A DNA stretch of 64,000 bases from a virus: IMG/VR virus record IMGVR_UViG_3300037541_000696, positions 14,500 through 78,499 of that record; one strand, given 5' to 3'. Positions 19,994 to 29,078 of the stretch are shown piece by piece (the first letter of the stretch is position 1; every line of letters begins with the position of its first letter). The translations under genes were made by a program, and so were the position numbers. The notes under the pieces are model-generated. The model made no database searches. It worked only from the letters and a program-made list of their open reading frames with translations, and was not told the DNA's origin.

Positions 19994-21049
19994 TCACTCC
20001 TCCTCCAGGCGTCTGATCTGCTCCTGAATGACGCGCTTATACCATCCAGGCAGGACAGCGGGTTTAGCGGCCGTGTCATATCCAGGCCAATAATCAATCG
20101 CATGGCTCCTGTGAATCTTATCAATTGCTAAGCGATATAAGCGCCGTCCATCACTTAACTGCTCTTCGGTCATATAATATCGGCCTATAAATTCAGGCAT
20201 CGACATTTGTTTCTCGATTGCAACCCATTCAAATACAATAGGAAGAATGATCAAGCATCCATCCGTAAGGCCTAAAACCTGCTCAAGCGCTGCGCGACAA
20301 TACCATATAGCATCATGATAAAATGCCGATTGAATAATATAAGCAAAACTAGCGATCGACTTACCGAAATGATCAGCACCTTCGCCAGCATCAAGAGCTG
20401 TTTTTATATCGCCAACCCAAATATGATCACTAAAAATCCTAATAGAATCAAGCCTTGCCTTGATTCGTCTTTTTGTTACAGGGTCAATATATGTAAACGT
20501 AATTTCATTTAATATCCTATGCTCTTCTGTTTTTGCATACCTATACTTTAATACAGGATGACTCAAAAGGGCATTAGCGCAAGATACGCCCTTGTCATAA
20601 TTGGCTTGCGATACTACTTCCACACCTGGATTATCCTTTTCCCATTGCAGCCACTGGTCGTTAATCGCCTTATACTCCTTCCAATTTTCATGTGCCTTTG
20701 CCGGCTTGCCGCCCTTGGTAAGGGATGGCGGCTCTTCTAGTTGCTTGCTAGTTGGACGCGGCGGAAGATCTGGTCCTAATGAATATCGCGCATCAAATTC
20801 ATCCCATTCAAGCACCAAGGCATGTGCGATGTTGCCTTGAATAAAAGTATCCTTGTCTTCCCTAGGTGGTCTATTTGGGTCAATGTACTTGCGATAAGCA
20901 TGAGCCAGTGTGCCCCCTACAACTTCCTTGATTAAGGAAGAGTTGTCTCCCGGCAGGTCATCATAGGCTTCTCGCGGAAGCTTGCAAAAAACTTGAGGAG
21001 AATCAAGTAGTTTGATTCCCCATTTTTGTTGCCAATCAACTTCATTCAT
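19994..21049 (-). CDS. RecE/exonuclease VIII-like PD-(D/E)XK nuclease (DUF3799-like)
   Basis: GNIAHALVLE, KARLD, GDIKT, YIIQSAFY, WPGY motifs. Confidence 0.85.
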   Translation of the reverse strand: MNEVDWQQKWGIKLLDSPQVFCKLPREAYDDLPGDNSSLIKEVVGGTLAHAYRKYIDPNRPPREDKDTFIQGNIAHALVLEWDEFDARYSLGPDLPPRPTSKQLEEPPSLTKGGKPAKAHENWKEYKAINDQWLQWEKDNPGVEVVSQANYDKGVSCANALLSHPVLKYRYAKTEEHRILNEITFTYIDPVTKRRIKARLDSIRIFSDHIWVGDIKTALDAGEGADHFGKSIASFAYIIQSAFYHDAIWYCRAALEQVLGLTDGCLIILPIVFEWVAIEKQMSMPEFIGRYYMTEEQLSDGRRLYRLAIDKIHRSHAIDYWPGYDTAAKPAVLPGWYKRVIQEQIRRLEEE

Positions 21050-21191
21050 GACGATTCCTTAAAGTTGTTGCAATCGTCTCTAACGTGCACACTAATCTTT
21101 GTAGTCTGTCTGGATCTTTTGCTTTTTGAGCCTGAATCAAGGCTTCGATGCCTTGCTCAATAAGATCATTAGTTGTTGTTGTTTTGTGCAT
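21042..21191 (-). CDS. small hypothetical protein
   Basis: MHKTTTTNDLIEQG...; overlaps neighbours in an operon-like way. Confidence 0.45.
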   Translation of the reverse strand: MHKTTTTNDLIEQGIEALIQAQKAKDPDRLQRLVCTLETIATTLRNRHE

Positions 21192-21399
21192 TGAGTTTGC
21201 GAAGTAAATTTTCAAGATAATTAATACGTCTGTTTTTTTGATGAAGCAATTCAGATAATTGATGAAGCAGTTCAGATAACTTATTAAAGCGATAAGCATA
21301 CCTGCGCTCATCTAATGAAGGCCGGAAAAAATATCCGGCCACAAATCCAAATCCTCCTCCCGTGATCAGGAGGAGTAGGATCACTGTTTTAGCCTCCAT
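21169..21399 (-). CDS. TM plus heptad-repeat protein
   Basis: N-terminal TM; LSELLHQ repeated twice, from a 21-bp tandem repeat at about 21240-21281. Confidence 0.5.
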   Translation of the reverse strand: MEAKTVILLLLITGGGFGFVAGYFFRPSLDERRYAYRFNKLSELLHQLSELLHQKNRRINYLENLLRKLNAQNNNN

Positions 21400-21619
21400 C
21401 GGGATCGTCAGGCTTGAAACTGCCGCTAAAATCGGACACGGCAAGCTGATAGCCATAGCACATTCCTAAATAAATCGCCTCTCGCCAAGCGGCGAGGTTT
21501 TTGACATTAGACTCGGGCACTTCCGGGTCCATCATAAGCGCAACTTGTGCCATGATGAACTCCTGTACTTCATGAGTAACCTGAAGATCCTTCAGTGGAA
21601 TAATTTGAAGCGCCATCAA
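21389..21619 (-). CDS. hypothetical protein
   Basis: ORF track, translationally coupled. Confidence 0.55.
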   Translation of the reverse strand: MMALQIIPLKDLQVTHEVQEFIMAQVALMMDPEVPESNVKNLAAWREAIYLGMCYGYQLAVSDFSGSFKPDDPDGG

Positions 21620-22722
21620 ACAAGTTCTCCTTGAACTTCATCATCATTGGATTCAGCTTGAGGCTGAAGATCGGCGATCTCTTCATGGCTTAAGATCTGC
21701 TCACCAGATCCAGACGCGCATCCGTTATTCCAGCGCTCTACCGACACTGAATTAGCAAGGCCGCTAATCACCGCCTTAAACTGATCGGCTGGTAGATCAT
21801 CCAGGCGTTCCACCCCAAAACACGCGCATACATCCGCCTCGAACGCGCGAGCGCCAAGACCTGACAGTTGCTTGCTCATAGCCGCGTCTAATCGCGTGCG
21901 TTGTTCTTCAGACAGGGTAGCGGTCTCCTGAGTGGCGCCAGGGGATGCGGATTGAGCCCGCTGATAGGTTCCGGCAGGATCCACCTGAGCCATGAGGGGC
22001 GTCAGCGGAGGCGTTGAGCCCGTAATGGGTTGAGACTGAGGTTCAGACGAGTCCCCATCCGAAATGACCTTGCCGGTCATTTGCTGATAACAGCGAGACA
22101 AAAACTTTCTCGTGGCCTTGCCAATCAACTGATCTGCCGTGCTGTATGAATCGGCCTTAACCGGAATCGTCGCGCTAAACTCGCGAATTTTTCCACCTTG
22201 ATTCCATGTTGCTGAACATTCGACAACAGCGTTATTTTGCGCTATTGTGGGCACCCCTATCCTGATCTGCAAATCAGCAATTGGGGCCATTCTGATTAGA
22301 TGCTCAAAGCCTTCTTTGGTGCAATAACACCTTCCGGCAATGATATTAAATTGATTCCCGACCAGCTGCAACCCGCGAAGCAGCGCTTCAATAGCCGCCT
22401 CTTTTACGACTTCATAAGGGTAAGCAGTGTTTGGGACATAACTACCGTCTCTATTTTTCTTTTTTATTGCCGGATCTTTGTCCGTCCTAAATCCTAACGG
22501 AGTATCCCGTAGTGCAATTATAGCGTCTTTAATTCCTGGATCATCAAAGTATTGCCGCAATGCGTTCATAGCGGCTGCAGCCTGAATAGCTGCAACAATG
22601 CTGCCTTTTTCAGCTTCTGCATAAACAGAAATAGCAGAATTAGCAGCAGACTGCAAGCCAATTAGCGTATTTTCCGGAATTTCTAGCGCAGAAGACTTTC
22701 TTGGTGTGATTGCTGAATTCAT
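21616..22722 (-). CDS. putative single-strand annealing protein (RecT/Red-beta-like)
   Basis: GLQLVGNQFNIIAGRCYCTKEGF and GKATRK motifs, Pro/Gln linker, acidic C-terminal tail; co-transcribed with the RecE-like nuclease. Confidence 0.55.
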   Translation of the reverse strand: MNSAITPRKSSALEIPENTLIGLQSAANSAISVYAEAEKGSIVAAIQAAAAMNALRQYFDDPGIKDAIIALRDTPLGFRTDKDPAIKKKNRDGSYVPNTAYPYEVVKEAAIEALLRGLQLVGNQFNIIAGRCYCTKEGFEHLIRMAPIADLQIRIGVPTIAQNNAVVECSATWNQGGKIREFSATIPVKADSYSTADQLIGKATRKFLSRCYQQMTGKVISDGDSSEPQSQPITGSTPPLTPLMAQVDPAGTYQRAQSASPGATQETATLSEEQRTRLDAAMSKQLSGLGARAFEADVCACFGVERLDDLPADQFKAVISGLANSVSVERWNNGCASGSGEQILSHEEIADLQPQAESNDDEVQGELV

Positions 22723-22791
22723 AAAGACGGATCGTGCGGGCCCTTTCGGGTAATCTTACTCTACCTAACGTGACCATTGTAATGGCAATGT

Positions 22792-22808
22792 CTTAACAAT
22801 GCTTAACC
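22792..22808 (-). promoter_or_regulatory. tandem-box promoter of the recombination operon
   Basis: Sense GGTTAAG-cat-TGTTAAG, 28 nt from -10 TAGAGT (22758-22763). Confidence 0.55.
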
Positions 22809-22859
22809 AATAAAAAAGGGGGCCATGCCCCCAGTGATCTGTTCTCTACCGATAAGGTA

Positions 22860-23339
22860 TCAGGATTCAACTTCTTCCAATGGCGTGGTTTCGGAATCCA
22901 CACCATTCGTGAGAGCGACGTCTTCATCATCATCAGGAAAATCCGGCTGATCTTCACTCGTTGAACATGCACCATCAGGGCATTGACCGGAAGGTTGTGT
23001 CGGCTTCAATGTAAACCCCTTTCGATTTACGCCGATCTGAAACTCATCACCAGGATTAAAGCCTGCCTGCTTAGTATAGGCAGAGCCAATCATCAAGTTG
23101 CCGTTAAACTGCACCCTGGTTCGGAATGTCAGCTTTCGCCCTGGCGATCCAGATCCCTCCAAAATAACGCCTTTTGCCGCCAATAGGGCTTCAAAAAAGG
23201 CAGATCGGTCGATCTTCTCACTGCCATCCTTTTTGATGGAGACATAGCCAGTCTGTCGAGCAAGTTCGTTCTTGCCGCAGCCTTCGGCCTCAAGTTGTTT
23301 GACCTTGGCCAGCAGTTCAGATCCAGTCAGTGCGCTCAT
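22860..23339 (-). CDS. cyanobacterial AbrB-like transcription regulator (cyAbrB)
   Basis: LTGSELLAKVK..ELARQTGYVS..FFEALLAAKG..GRKLTFRTRVQFNGNLMIGSAYT..PGDEFQI matches the cyAbrB signature. Confidence 0.9.
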   Translation of the reverse strand: MSALTGSELLAKVKQLEAEGCGKNELARQTGYVSIKKDGSEKIDRSAFFEALLAAKGVILEGSGSPGRKLTFRTRVQFNGNLMIGSAYTKQAGFNPGDEFQIGVNRKGFTLKPTQPSGQCPDGACSTSEDQPDFPDDDEDVALTNGVDSETTPLEEVES

Positions 23340-23575
23340 AAAAAAGTGGGAGCAGGCCATAGAATTATAGTGCTTGCCGTGCCATAGTGCTATTGTTTGG
23401 CGCCATCTATATCTGATAAGCATTGCTGATCCGAGTCTTCTGCGGCCATGGCTTCAATTCGCTCTATTTCTTTTAAGAGTGGCAGCAGTTCCTCTACAAA
23501 GCACCATAGATCTAAGCTGATCATTGCTTTTTGTGGCAACAATCAGCTTAACTTAAAAAGTTTTAAGTTGCGGCG

Positions 23576-24994
23576 CTATTTGGCTTGATTTTGACGTTTT
23601 TTCTGTGGTTTTATCTTTTCAGGTAGTGTTAATCCTTTAATTTTTGCCACCCTAGCATTTAACTTTGCCCAATCTTCAAGATCACGAAACCTAAAGTGAG
23701 CGGTGCCCTTTTTGTAAAGGCAAAACTCAAAGAATCCCCACTCATGCCATGCGCCAGATCCAAGGCGATCAAACCCGAATTCAGGTTTTTCGACTTCTTC
23801 ATATTTTTTGCCTGTGACATAGCAAAGTGCTTTAATTAGATCATCAACCTGCCTTCCCCTGTCACTCCAGCGGTCAAATGTAAGACCAGCCGGAAAGCAA
23901 GGTTTCGCTGCATAGGGCACAATGAACTTTTGGCCAAACAGGTATTGCTCATTCGTTTTCCATCCATCCACGTTCCACCTGTTTTCGTGGGTGTACTTAG
24001 TAAACGCATCAAACACCGCTTCAATCGCGCGGTCCATTCGCTGTTCTGTTGTGCCCGCAATAATTTGCAGCATTCGGAACAAGTTTCGCTCTGTGAATGG
24101 CACTTGACTTTGTTGCTCCACGAATATGTTAATATCACCTTGCAGCTGACTGGTGGCCATATCACGAGGAAGCATTTCTGCAATCACAGATGCCCAAAAA
24201 TCTTTTTGCAATTCTTTGCGAAACTGTGAGCGCGTAGGCGTGCATCTTTCCATGGTAATTTGAATGCCCAGATCGCCTTTGTAAATACCATTTAAGGTGG
24301 CTTGCAATCGCACACCTGCCTCTAGCTGCTCATCAAAAATACGACACGCCTCAATGTAACGATTTACCAAATCACGAGATCGACGATAAGGAATGATTCC
24401 TTCGCCTTGGGCTTCAATATCATCCGGGCCAAGAAAAAAACCGCTAAATTCGTCTACATCGGGCCTACTGCCTGGCTTGGTAAGTCGCACCAATCCAATC
24501 TCGCAATCAGTTGTGCGCTCAGCATCTTCAAACACAGAGCCAAGATTTAGCCTTCCTCCATAGGAATCAATTAGCGTGCGCAGCTCTCGACTAGCACGAA
24601 AACCATAACGACTGTTATCAACAGTACTCCAATTACATAGACTTACAATGTTACATCCTGGCGGTGCAATCTTCCATGCGTGCAAAATGTGATGTTCATC
24701 CGCTGAGAAAGGTGGATTCATTACAATTACATCTGCGTGAGCAATCTGTTCTGCGGCAACAGAAAGCCAATCACTGCCGATTAACATGCAGCCAGAAATG
24801 CTAGCCAAAATAGCTCGCAACTTGGGCTCAACTTCCACTGCAAGCACTTCCGTGGCTTCCCTTTCTAGTGCTGCACGCACCAGGTTGCCACTACCAGCCG
24901 AGGGTTCTACCACCACCCGACCACGCAGGTCTAGTGGATCTAGCATGGTGGCAGCCACTTCGGGCGGCGTAGGATAAAAATCAGGGTTGAACAC
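23576..24994 (-). CDS. amino (N6-adenine-type) DNA methyltransferase with DUF4942-like C-terminus
   Basis: DFYPTP, motif I VVEPSAGSGNL, motif IV NPPF; C-terminal GWKTN..WGFFEFCLYKKGTAHFRF. Confidence 0.88.
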   Translation of the reverse strand: MFNPDFYPTPPEVAATMLDPLDLRGRVVVEPSAGSGNLVRAALEREATEVLAVEVEPKLRAILASISGCMLIGSDWLSVAAEQIAHADVIVMNPPFSADEHHILHAWKIAPPGCNIVSLCNWSTVDNSRYGFRASRELRTLIDSYGGRLNLGSVFEDAERTTDCEIGLVRLTKPGSRPDVDEFSGFFLGPDDIEAQGEGIIPYRRSRDLVNRYIEACRIFDEQLEAGVRLQATLNGIYKGDLGIQITMERCTPTRSQFRKELQKDFWASVIAEMLPRDMATSQLQGDINIFVEQQSQVPFTERNLFRMLQIIAGTTEQRMDRAIEAVFDAFTKYTHENRWNVDGWKTNEQYLFGQKFIVPYAAKPCFPAGLTFDRWSDRGRQVDDLIKALCYVTGKKYEEVEKPEFGFDRLGSGAWHEWGFFEFCLYKKGTAHFRFRDLEDWAKLNARVAKIKGLTLPEKIKPQKKRQNQAK

Positions 24995-25378
24995 TCAGTC
25001 CTCCCACCAAAGCTGACCCCATGTCTCGTTATCTGAGTTGGACCAACACAGACGGCCAATGTTGCCTTGGCGCAGTCTATCTCCTGGATAAAGATAAGCC
25101 GTGGTATCCTCCACTATTTCAAAAGGCCACCAGGCAGTAGCTATTTCAGCAATAGAAATAAATATCTTTTCATTATCATCATCCTTTTTAGTGTTGTTGC
25201 CCCTTGAAGAAAACGGCGGATTGTTAAGCATAAAGCCGCCACTACCAGCAACAGCAGGATAATACCATATTCCTGAGACAAAACAACAATCTTTAGCGTT
25301 AGCTGGGTTAACAGGTGATAATTTTTTGCTAAAAACTTGCATCACCCAATGCAATAAAAAAGCCATTAAGCGTGCCAT
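24995..25378 (-). CDS. hypothetical protein
   Basis: ORF abutting both neighbours. Confidence 0.55.
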   Translation of the reverse strand: MARLMAFLLHWVMQVFSKKLSPVNPANAKDCCFVSGIWYYPAVAGSGGFMLNNPPFSSRGNNTKKDDDNEKIFISIAEIATAWWPFEIVEDTTAYLYPGDRLRQGNIGRLCWSNSDNETWGQLWWED

Positions 25379-25884
25379 CAGCGATTCCTCCTCAGCTTAA
25401 CCGATTGCGACGCAATCAGCCACCTGTAATTTGCTATCCAAGCATGATCAAAATTACCGTTAAACACAAAAACATGTCCTACTTTAATATCTATTGATCT
25501 TCCTTGTGCAATCAATTGACAGCTATCATCAAAACAATTAAGAGATCTGGAAAAACTTTGCAATGCAACAAGAACATTTACAGTTAAACCCATGTCAACA
25601 TCTTTATGTAACATTACTGATCCAGCTCCGAAAGTGTAATCGCAAGTTAAATAACCATTGCGGCTAATGCTGTTGACTACAAAACCATGCAACTCGCACG
25701 CTTTTTGCAAACTAATCAGAATTGGATCATTTTTTTCAATTTCTGCAGTATTTACACTGCCCAATGAATCGCACTTGGTTGACCTTCTTAAAAAATCTCT
25801 ATGTTGACTTGTTTGATCTATTAACAAATCGCCAAGAATGCGCGGCTTGCGACTTATAGAGTGGCTTAACTTGACGTAGTTCAT
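25378..25884 (-). CDS. putative 2OG-Fe(II)/cupin-fold oxygenase (paralogue B)
   Basis: GAGSVMLHKD (HxD) ... GHVFVFNGNFDHAW (distal H) ... YRW. Confidence 0.55.
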   Translation of the reverse strand: MNYVKLSHSISRKPRILGDLLIDQTSQHRDFLRRSTKCDSLGSVNTAEIEKNDPILISLQKACELHGFVVNSISRNGYLTCDYTFGAGSVMLHKDVDMGLTVNVLVALQSFSRSLNCFDDSCQLIAQGRSIDIKVGHVFVFNGNFDHAWIANYRWLIASQSVKLRRNR

Positions 25885-26390
25885 TAACGGACTCTCTTTA
25901 ATTTAACCGATTGCGTCGCAATCAGCCACCTGCAATTAGCCATCCAAGCGTGCTCAGCATCACTATCAAATAAAAAAACTTCTCCCACCGTGATTGACAG
26001 GATCTTGCCTTTTGTAAAGAGAAAACATTCCTCGCCATCACTTTCTAACGACTTAGAGAGTGGTCGTGTTGCAACAAGCACTCCCACTGCAAAACCAAAG
26101 CCTGAATCTTTGTGTGGAGAAACGGATCCCGCTCCATATACATAATCGCTAAAATAATATAAATCACTGTTATCCTTAAACGCAAAACCATGTAGCGAGC
26201 AAGCTTTACGCAAATCACCTAAGGTCGGATCACTGCTGTTAGGATAAGCTGTGTGAACGGATCCTAGCCAGTACCTTGAAGCTTGCCTTAAAAGCGTATC
26301 ATGAAAGCTATTTTTTTTAACTTTCATGCGGCCTAGAATGCGCGGTTGCCGCGATGTTGCAAGCGAGTAATCTTCCCTTGTGTAAAACAT
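25884..26390 (-). CDS. putative 2OG-Fe(II)/cupin-fold oxygenase (paralogue A)
   Basis: GAGSVSPHKD ... GEVFLFDSDAEHAW ... CRW; clear paralogue of the next gene; start set at MFYTRED. Confidence 0.55.
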   Translation of the reverse strand: MFYTREDYSLATSRQPRILGRMKVKKNSFHDTLLRQASRYWLGSVHTAYPNSSDPTLGDLRKACSLHGFAFKDNSDLYYFSDYVYGAGSVSPHKDSGFGFAVGVLVATRPLSKSLESDGEECFLFTKGKILSITVGEVFLFDSDAEHAWMANCRWLIATQSVKLKRVR

Positions 26391-26611
26391 CAACACTGAT
26401 CTAAGGATTCCAGGAAGCGACGCGATTCCTCGTCGCAATGCCCGCCCTCCGTGTTTTCTATTACGATTGCATAGGCTTCGTAAGCTGACATAAGCAGATC
26501 ACCACAAAAGCCATATTTCTTTGATAAAAAGATGGCGAGTTGTCGCGCTTTTTCAGGTGTTTGATTTACTGGCATTACAGCCAGTTGATCAACTCTATCT
26601 GATGTTTTCAT
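26390..26611 (-). CDS. hypothetical protein
   Basis: ORF track, coupled to the oxygenase gene. Confidence 0.55.
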   Translation of the reverse strand: MKTSDRVDQLAVMPVNQTPEKARQLAIFLSKKYGFCGDLLMSAYEAYAIVIENTEGGHCDEESRRFLESLDQC

Positions 26612-26727
26612 TGAAGAACAATCAAAATGGGTTTAACAAAATTTCCAAGATGCAAACTTACTGATGATCTCTAGTGATCTCCTAATCTATTTCAAATTAG
26701 GAGATCACAGGATCGTTGGTTGCGGCA

Positions 26728-27129
26728 CTAGGCCGCTACAGCCTCCAACGCGGTCTTACGTGCTCGCTTGGCGGGACGTGGGCGCTTCGGCGCCGGCGCA
26801 GCGGGGGGAGCGGGCGGGGCAGCAACAGCAGCTTTTTTCGTGCGAGGCTTGCGGGTGGGAGTGATCACGATAGGCTCAGGAGTGATGGCAGGAATGATAG
26901 CTGAGATGGTGGCTGGCGCCGGGGCAGGGGCAAGTGAGAGACCCAAGACTGCGACCCACCATGCCGCGAGCTGATCGTTGCGCTCGTCAAGCGCAAGCCT
27001 AAGCTCGCGTCCGAGCCAGTAGGTCAGCTCAGCAGTAGTGATCGCCAGCGCAATCAATGGAGTGATGACGCGGGCGGCAACTTGAATGTTGCGGCCGATG
27101 TTGCTGGAAGAAAAATCAGACGGTTTCAT
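26728..27129 (-). CDS. early protein with hydrophobic core and basic Ala/Pro/Lys-rich tail
   Basis: Has its own tandem-box promoter; start MKPSDF. Confidence 0.65.
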   Translation of the reverse strand: MKPSDFSSSNIGRNIQVAARVITPLIALAITTAELTYWLGRELRLALDERNDQLAAWWVAVLGLSLAPAPAPATISAIIPAITPEPIVITPTRKPRTKKAAVAAPPAPPAAPAPKRPRPAKRARKTALEAVAA

Positions 27130-27250
27130 GGTGAAAAAGGGGTGTGGGTGGATGATTGCCGGGGCCATCTCAGGGCCTCGCCGGCTTGAGGCTTTCTCTG
27201 CCGCCTCATGTGCCAATCATAGATCACACTGCCTGGCGATGGCTTGGATC

Positions 27251-27267
27251 TGTAACAATCTGTTGTA
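27251..27267 (-). promoter_or_regulatory. tandem-box promoter
   Basis: Sense TACAACA-gat-TGTTACA, 29 nt from -10 TATGAT (27216-27221). Confidence 0.65.
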
Positions 27268-27282
27268 ATTAGATCAAGGCAC

Positions 27283-27307
27283 AAAAAAGCCCCGGTTTGA
27301 CCGGGGC
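27283..27307 (-). terminator. intrinsic terminator
   Basis: GCCCCGG-tcaaa-CCGGGGC plus T6 on the minus strand. Confidence 0.7.
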
Positions 27308-27314
27308 AATTTTG

Positions 27315-27527
27315 TTAGCCACGACATGACGCACGCCGCCTAGACAACTCTTGGCTATAAGTGCAACCTTCGTCTGTATAACGACCGGCAACAACAGAAT
27401 CAATCTTGTCAAAATTTCTTGCGGATTGAAAAGCATCACGAGCGCTATAAATCAACGCATAATCTGTCATAGATTTTGCCTTTTCCATCCATTTTGCAAA
27501 ATCTTCTGCTGTTGCGTGTTGAGACAT
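27315..27527 (-). CDS. small early hypothetical protein
   Basis: Single-gene cassette with promoter, leader hairpin and terminator. Confidence 0.7.
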   Translation of the reverse strand: MSQHATAEDFAKWMEKAKSMTDYALIYSARDAFQSARNFDKIDSVVAGRYTDEGCTYSQELSRRRASCRG

Positions 27528-27606
27528 GGTTTAGAGGGGGTTGAGGAAGCATCTCTGCCTCCGATGCGCTCATCATAAGGCGCAAGGCCAGCGTGCAATA
27601 TCAACC

Positions 27607-27623
27607 CGTCGCAATCTGTCACA
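27607..27623 (-). promoter_or_regulatory. tandem-box promoter
   Basis: Sense TGTGACA-gat-TGCGACG, 29 nt from -10 TATGAT (27572-27577). Confidence 0.7.
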
Positions 27624-27675
27624 AATGTTCCGGTCAAACCGGAGCATTTGCAACGTGTCACGCCAGGAGATTATC

Positions 27676-27945
27676 CTAAGAACTGGCGTGGCGATGATCA
27701 CTTGCACGCTCTTCCCATGCCTCAGCGTACTCGGACACCCGCTGCAGCATTCGCAGCGCTTCATCGCGCTCAATACGAGCCTGCTGCCATGTGTCGGAAC
27801 CTTGGGGATAAAAATCCCGTTGATTGCAAGTTGCCGCAACCAAAAGCTCACGAGCAGCGTTGACTGCCTTGCGCACTGCGCGATACTCTTCAAACAAATT
27901 ATCAGCGCTGGTTCCATTAAGGTGGATTGTCGGAAGAGTGGTCAT
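27676..27945 (-). CDS. small early hypothetical protein (PTIHLNGTS..RDFYPQG)
   Basis: Start MTTLPT downstream of promoter and hairpin. Confidence 0.7.
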   Translation of the reverse strand: MTTLPTIHLNGTSADNLFEEYRAVRKAVNAARELLVAATCNQRDFYPQGSDTWQQARIERDEALRMLQRVSEYAEAWEERASDHRHASS

Positions 27946-28025
27946 AAACCAGATGAGGAAATAAGGGGACATCCCTGCCCCCAGTGAGTTGATCCTATCG
28001 CTCTTGACCTTGAACTCCTGAATCC

Positions 28026-28042
28026 CGTCGCAATCTGTCACA
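28026..28042 (-). promoter_or_regulatory. tandem-box promoter
   Basis: Same 17-mer as 27607, 28 nt from -10 TAGGAT (27992-27997). Confidence 0.7.
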
Positions 28043-28089
28043 AAGCCCCCAGTGATGGCCTAGACTGCTCATGCCGATACAAACTGGCC

Positions 28090-28377
28090 ATGATCGACTC
28101 CCAACCCACAGCAGACACTACCGACGATCGCGTATCTGACGCGCTGGCTCAATTGGAGGAAGCAGGATTTTCCATTGGCGAATATCATCGCCTCGCGCAA
28201 ACAATTCTGCGAATGCTTGCCACCAGTCATGAAGACATGATTGATGAAGACACTTCAACAGAAGAAGCGTGCGCCTTGACATTCCTGTCAACAATTTATG
28301 CAAATGCTGAGCAATTGCTTAGTGTTGGCGAGGAAGACGATGACGGCATGAATGAAGACGAAGATGATATTGAATGA
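28090..28377 (+). CDS. highly acidic small protein
   Basis: About 27 D/E against 3 R and 0 K in 95 aa; divergent, with TAGACT -10 at 28061-28066. Confidence 0.65.
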   Translation: MIDSQPTADTTDDRVSDALAQLEEAGFSIGEYHRLAQTILRMLATSHEDMIDEDTSTEEACALTFLSTIYANAEQLLSVGEEDDDGMNEDEDDIE

Positions 28378-28418
28378 CGCTTGCAAGTTTTAAGATGCCT
28401 TTTCAAAGCTGAGGTTAC

Positions 28419-28787
28419 TCAGCTTTTTTTATCTAAGTATAGATAAAGCTCTTGAATAAGTGGCACTAACTCATTATCTGAGAGTTGCTCAACTGCATTA
28501 CTAACTTGCTGCAACAAAAATCGAGCTTGCGTCTTTAGTTTTTTTGTTTTTATACTATTTGCAATTTCTTGTTTTTCTTCTTCTGTTGGAATCCATGTTC
28601 TTGGGTAGATCCATTCACTGCTTCTTCCTCTTGCATCACCACTGGATTTATTAAATACAGTTTTTCCAGCAGTAAAAGTTGTCTTTGTTACTTTTATGAC
28701 CTTAAGTAAAGACATTTTGTCATAACCATGGTCGGTACAAGCAACAATATCACCAATTTTAAGATCTTCAAAATTCCTATTTTTCAT
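28419..28787 (-). CDS. hypothetical protein (SH3-like beta barrel N-terminus)
   Basis: LKIGDIV..KVIKVTKT pattern. Confidence 0.6.
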   Translation of the reverse strand: MKNRNFEDLKIGDIVACTDHGYDKMSLLKVIKVTKTTFTAGKTVFNKSSGDARGRSSEWIYPRTWIPTEEEKQEIANSIKTKKLKTQARFLLQQVSNAVEQLSDNELVPLIQELYLYLDKKS

Positions 28788-29026
28788 TACTCAGCCTCGC
28801 AGACTTCAATTTCATTTTGCACACCACAAAAGGTGTTTCCTCTTGTGATCTGTGTGTGCGCTTCAAATTCATGAATTTCCACATTTACAGTATTGTCACA
28901 TCCTTTTGTATCTACTTTAATTCCCCATGATGCATCAAGAGCCAGTTGCTTAGCTTCTTCTTCGCTTTCTGCGTCTACTGTTACGCAGATAGACGCAGTG
29001 CAAGGGACGAACACGTTGAATTTCAT
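28787..29026 (-). CDS. small acidic hypothetical protein
   Basis: VTVDAESEEEAKQLA motif; start MKFNVF. Confidence 0.6.
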   Translation of the reverse strand: MKFNVFVPCTASICVTVDAESEEEAKQLALDASWGIKVDTKGCDNTVNVEIHEFEAHTQITRGNTFCGVQNEIEVCEAE

Positions 29027-29078
29027 GGTGGTGATTGAATAAATAAATGAACAGATGTTGGGATAGGCTCCCGGTAAG

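Noticed and set aside
22792-22808. CTTAAC repeats as a cyanobacterial Pho box
   Set aside because: Period is 10 bp rather than 11, and spacing to the -10 matches the tandem-box family.
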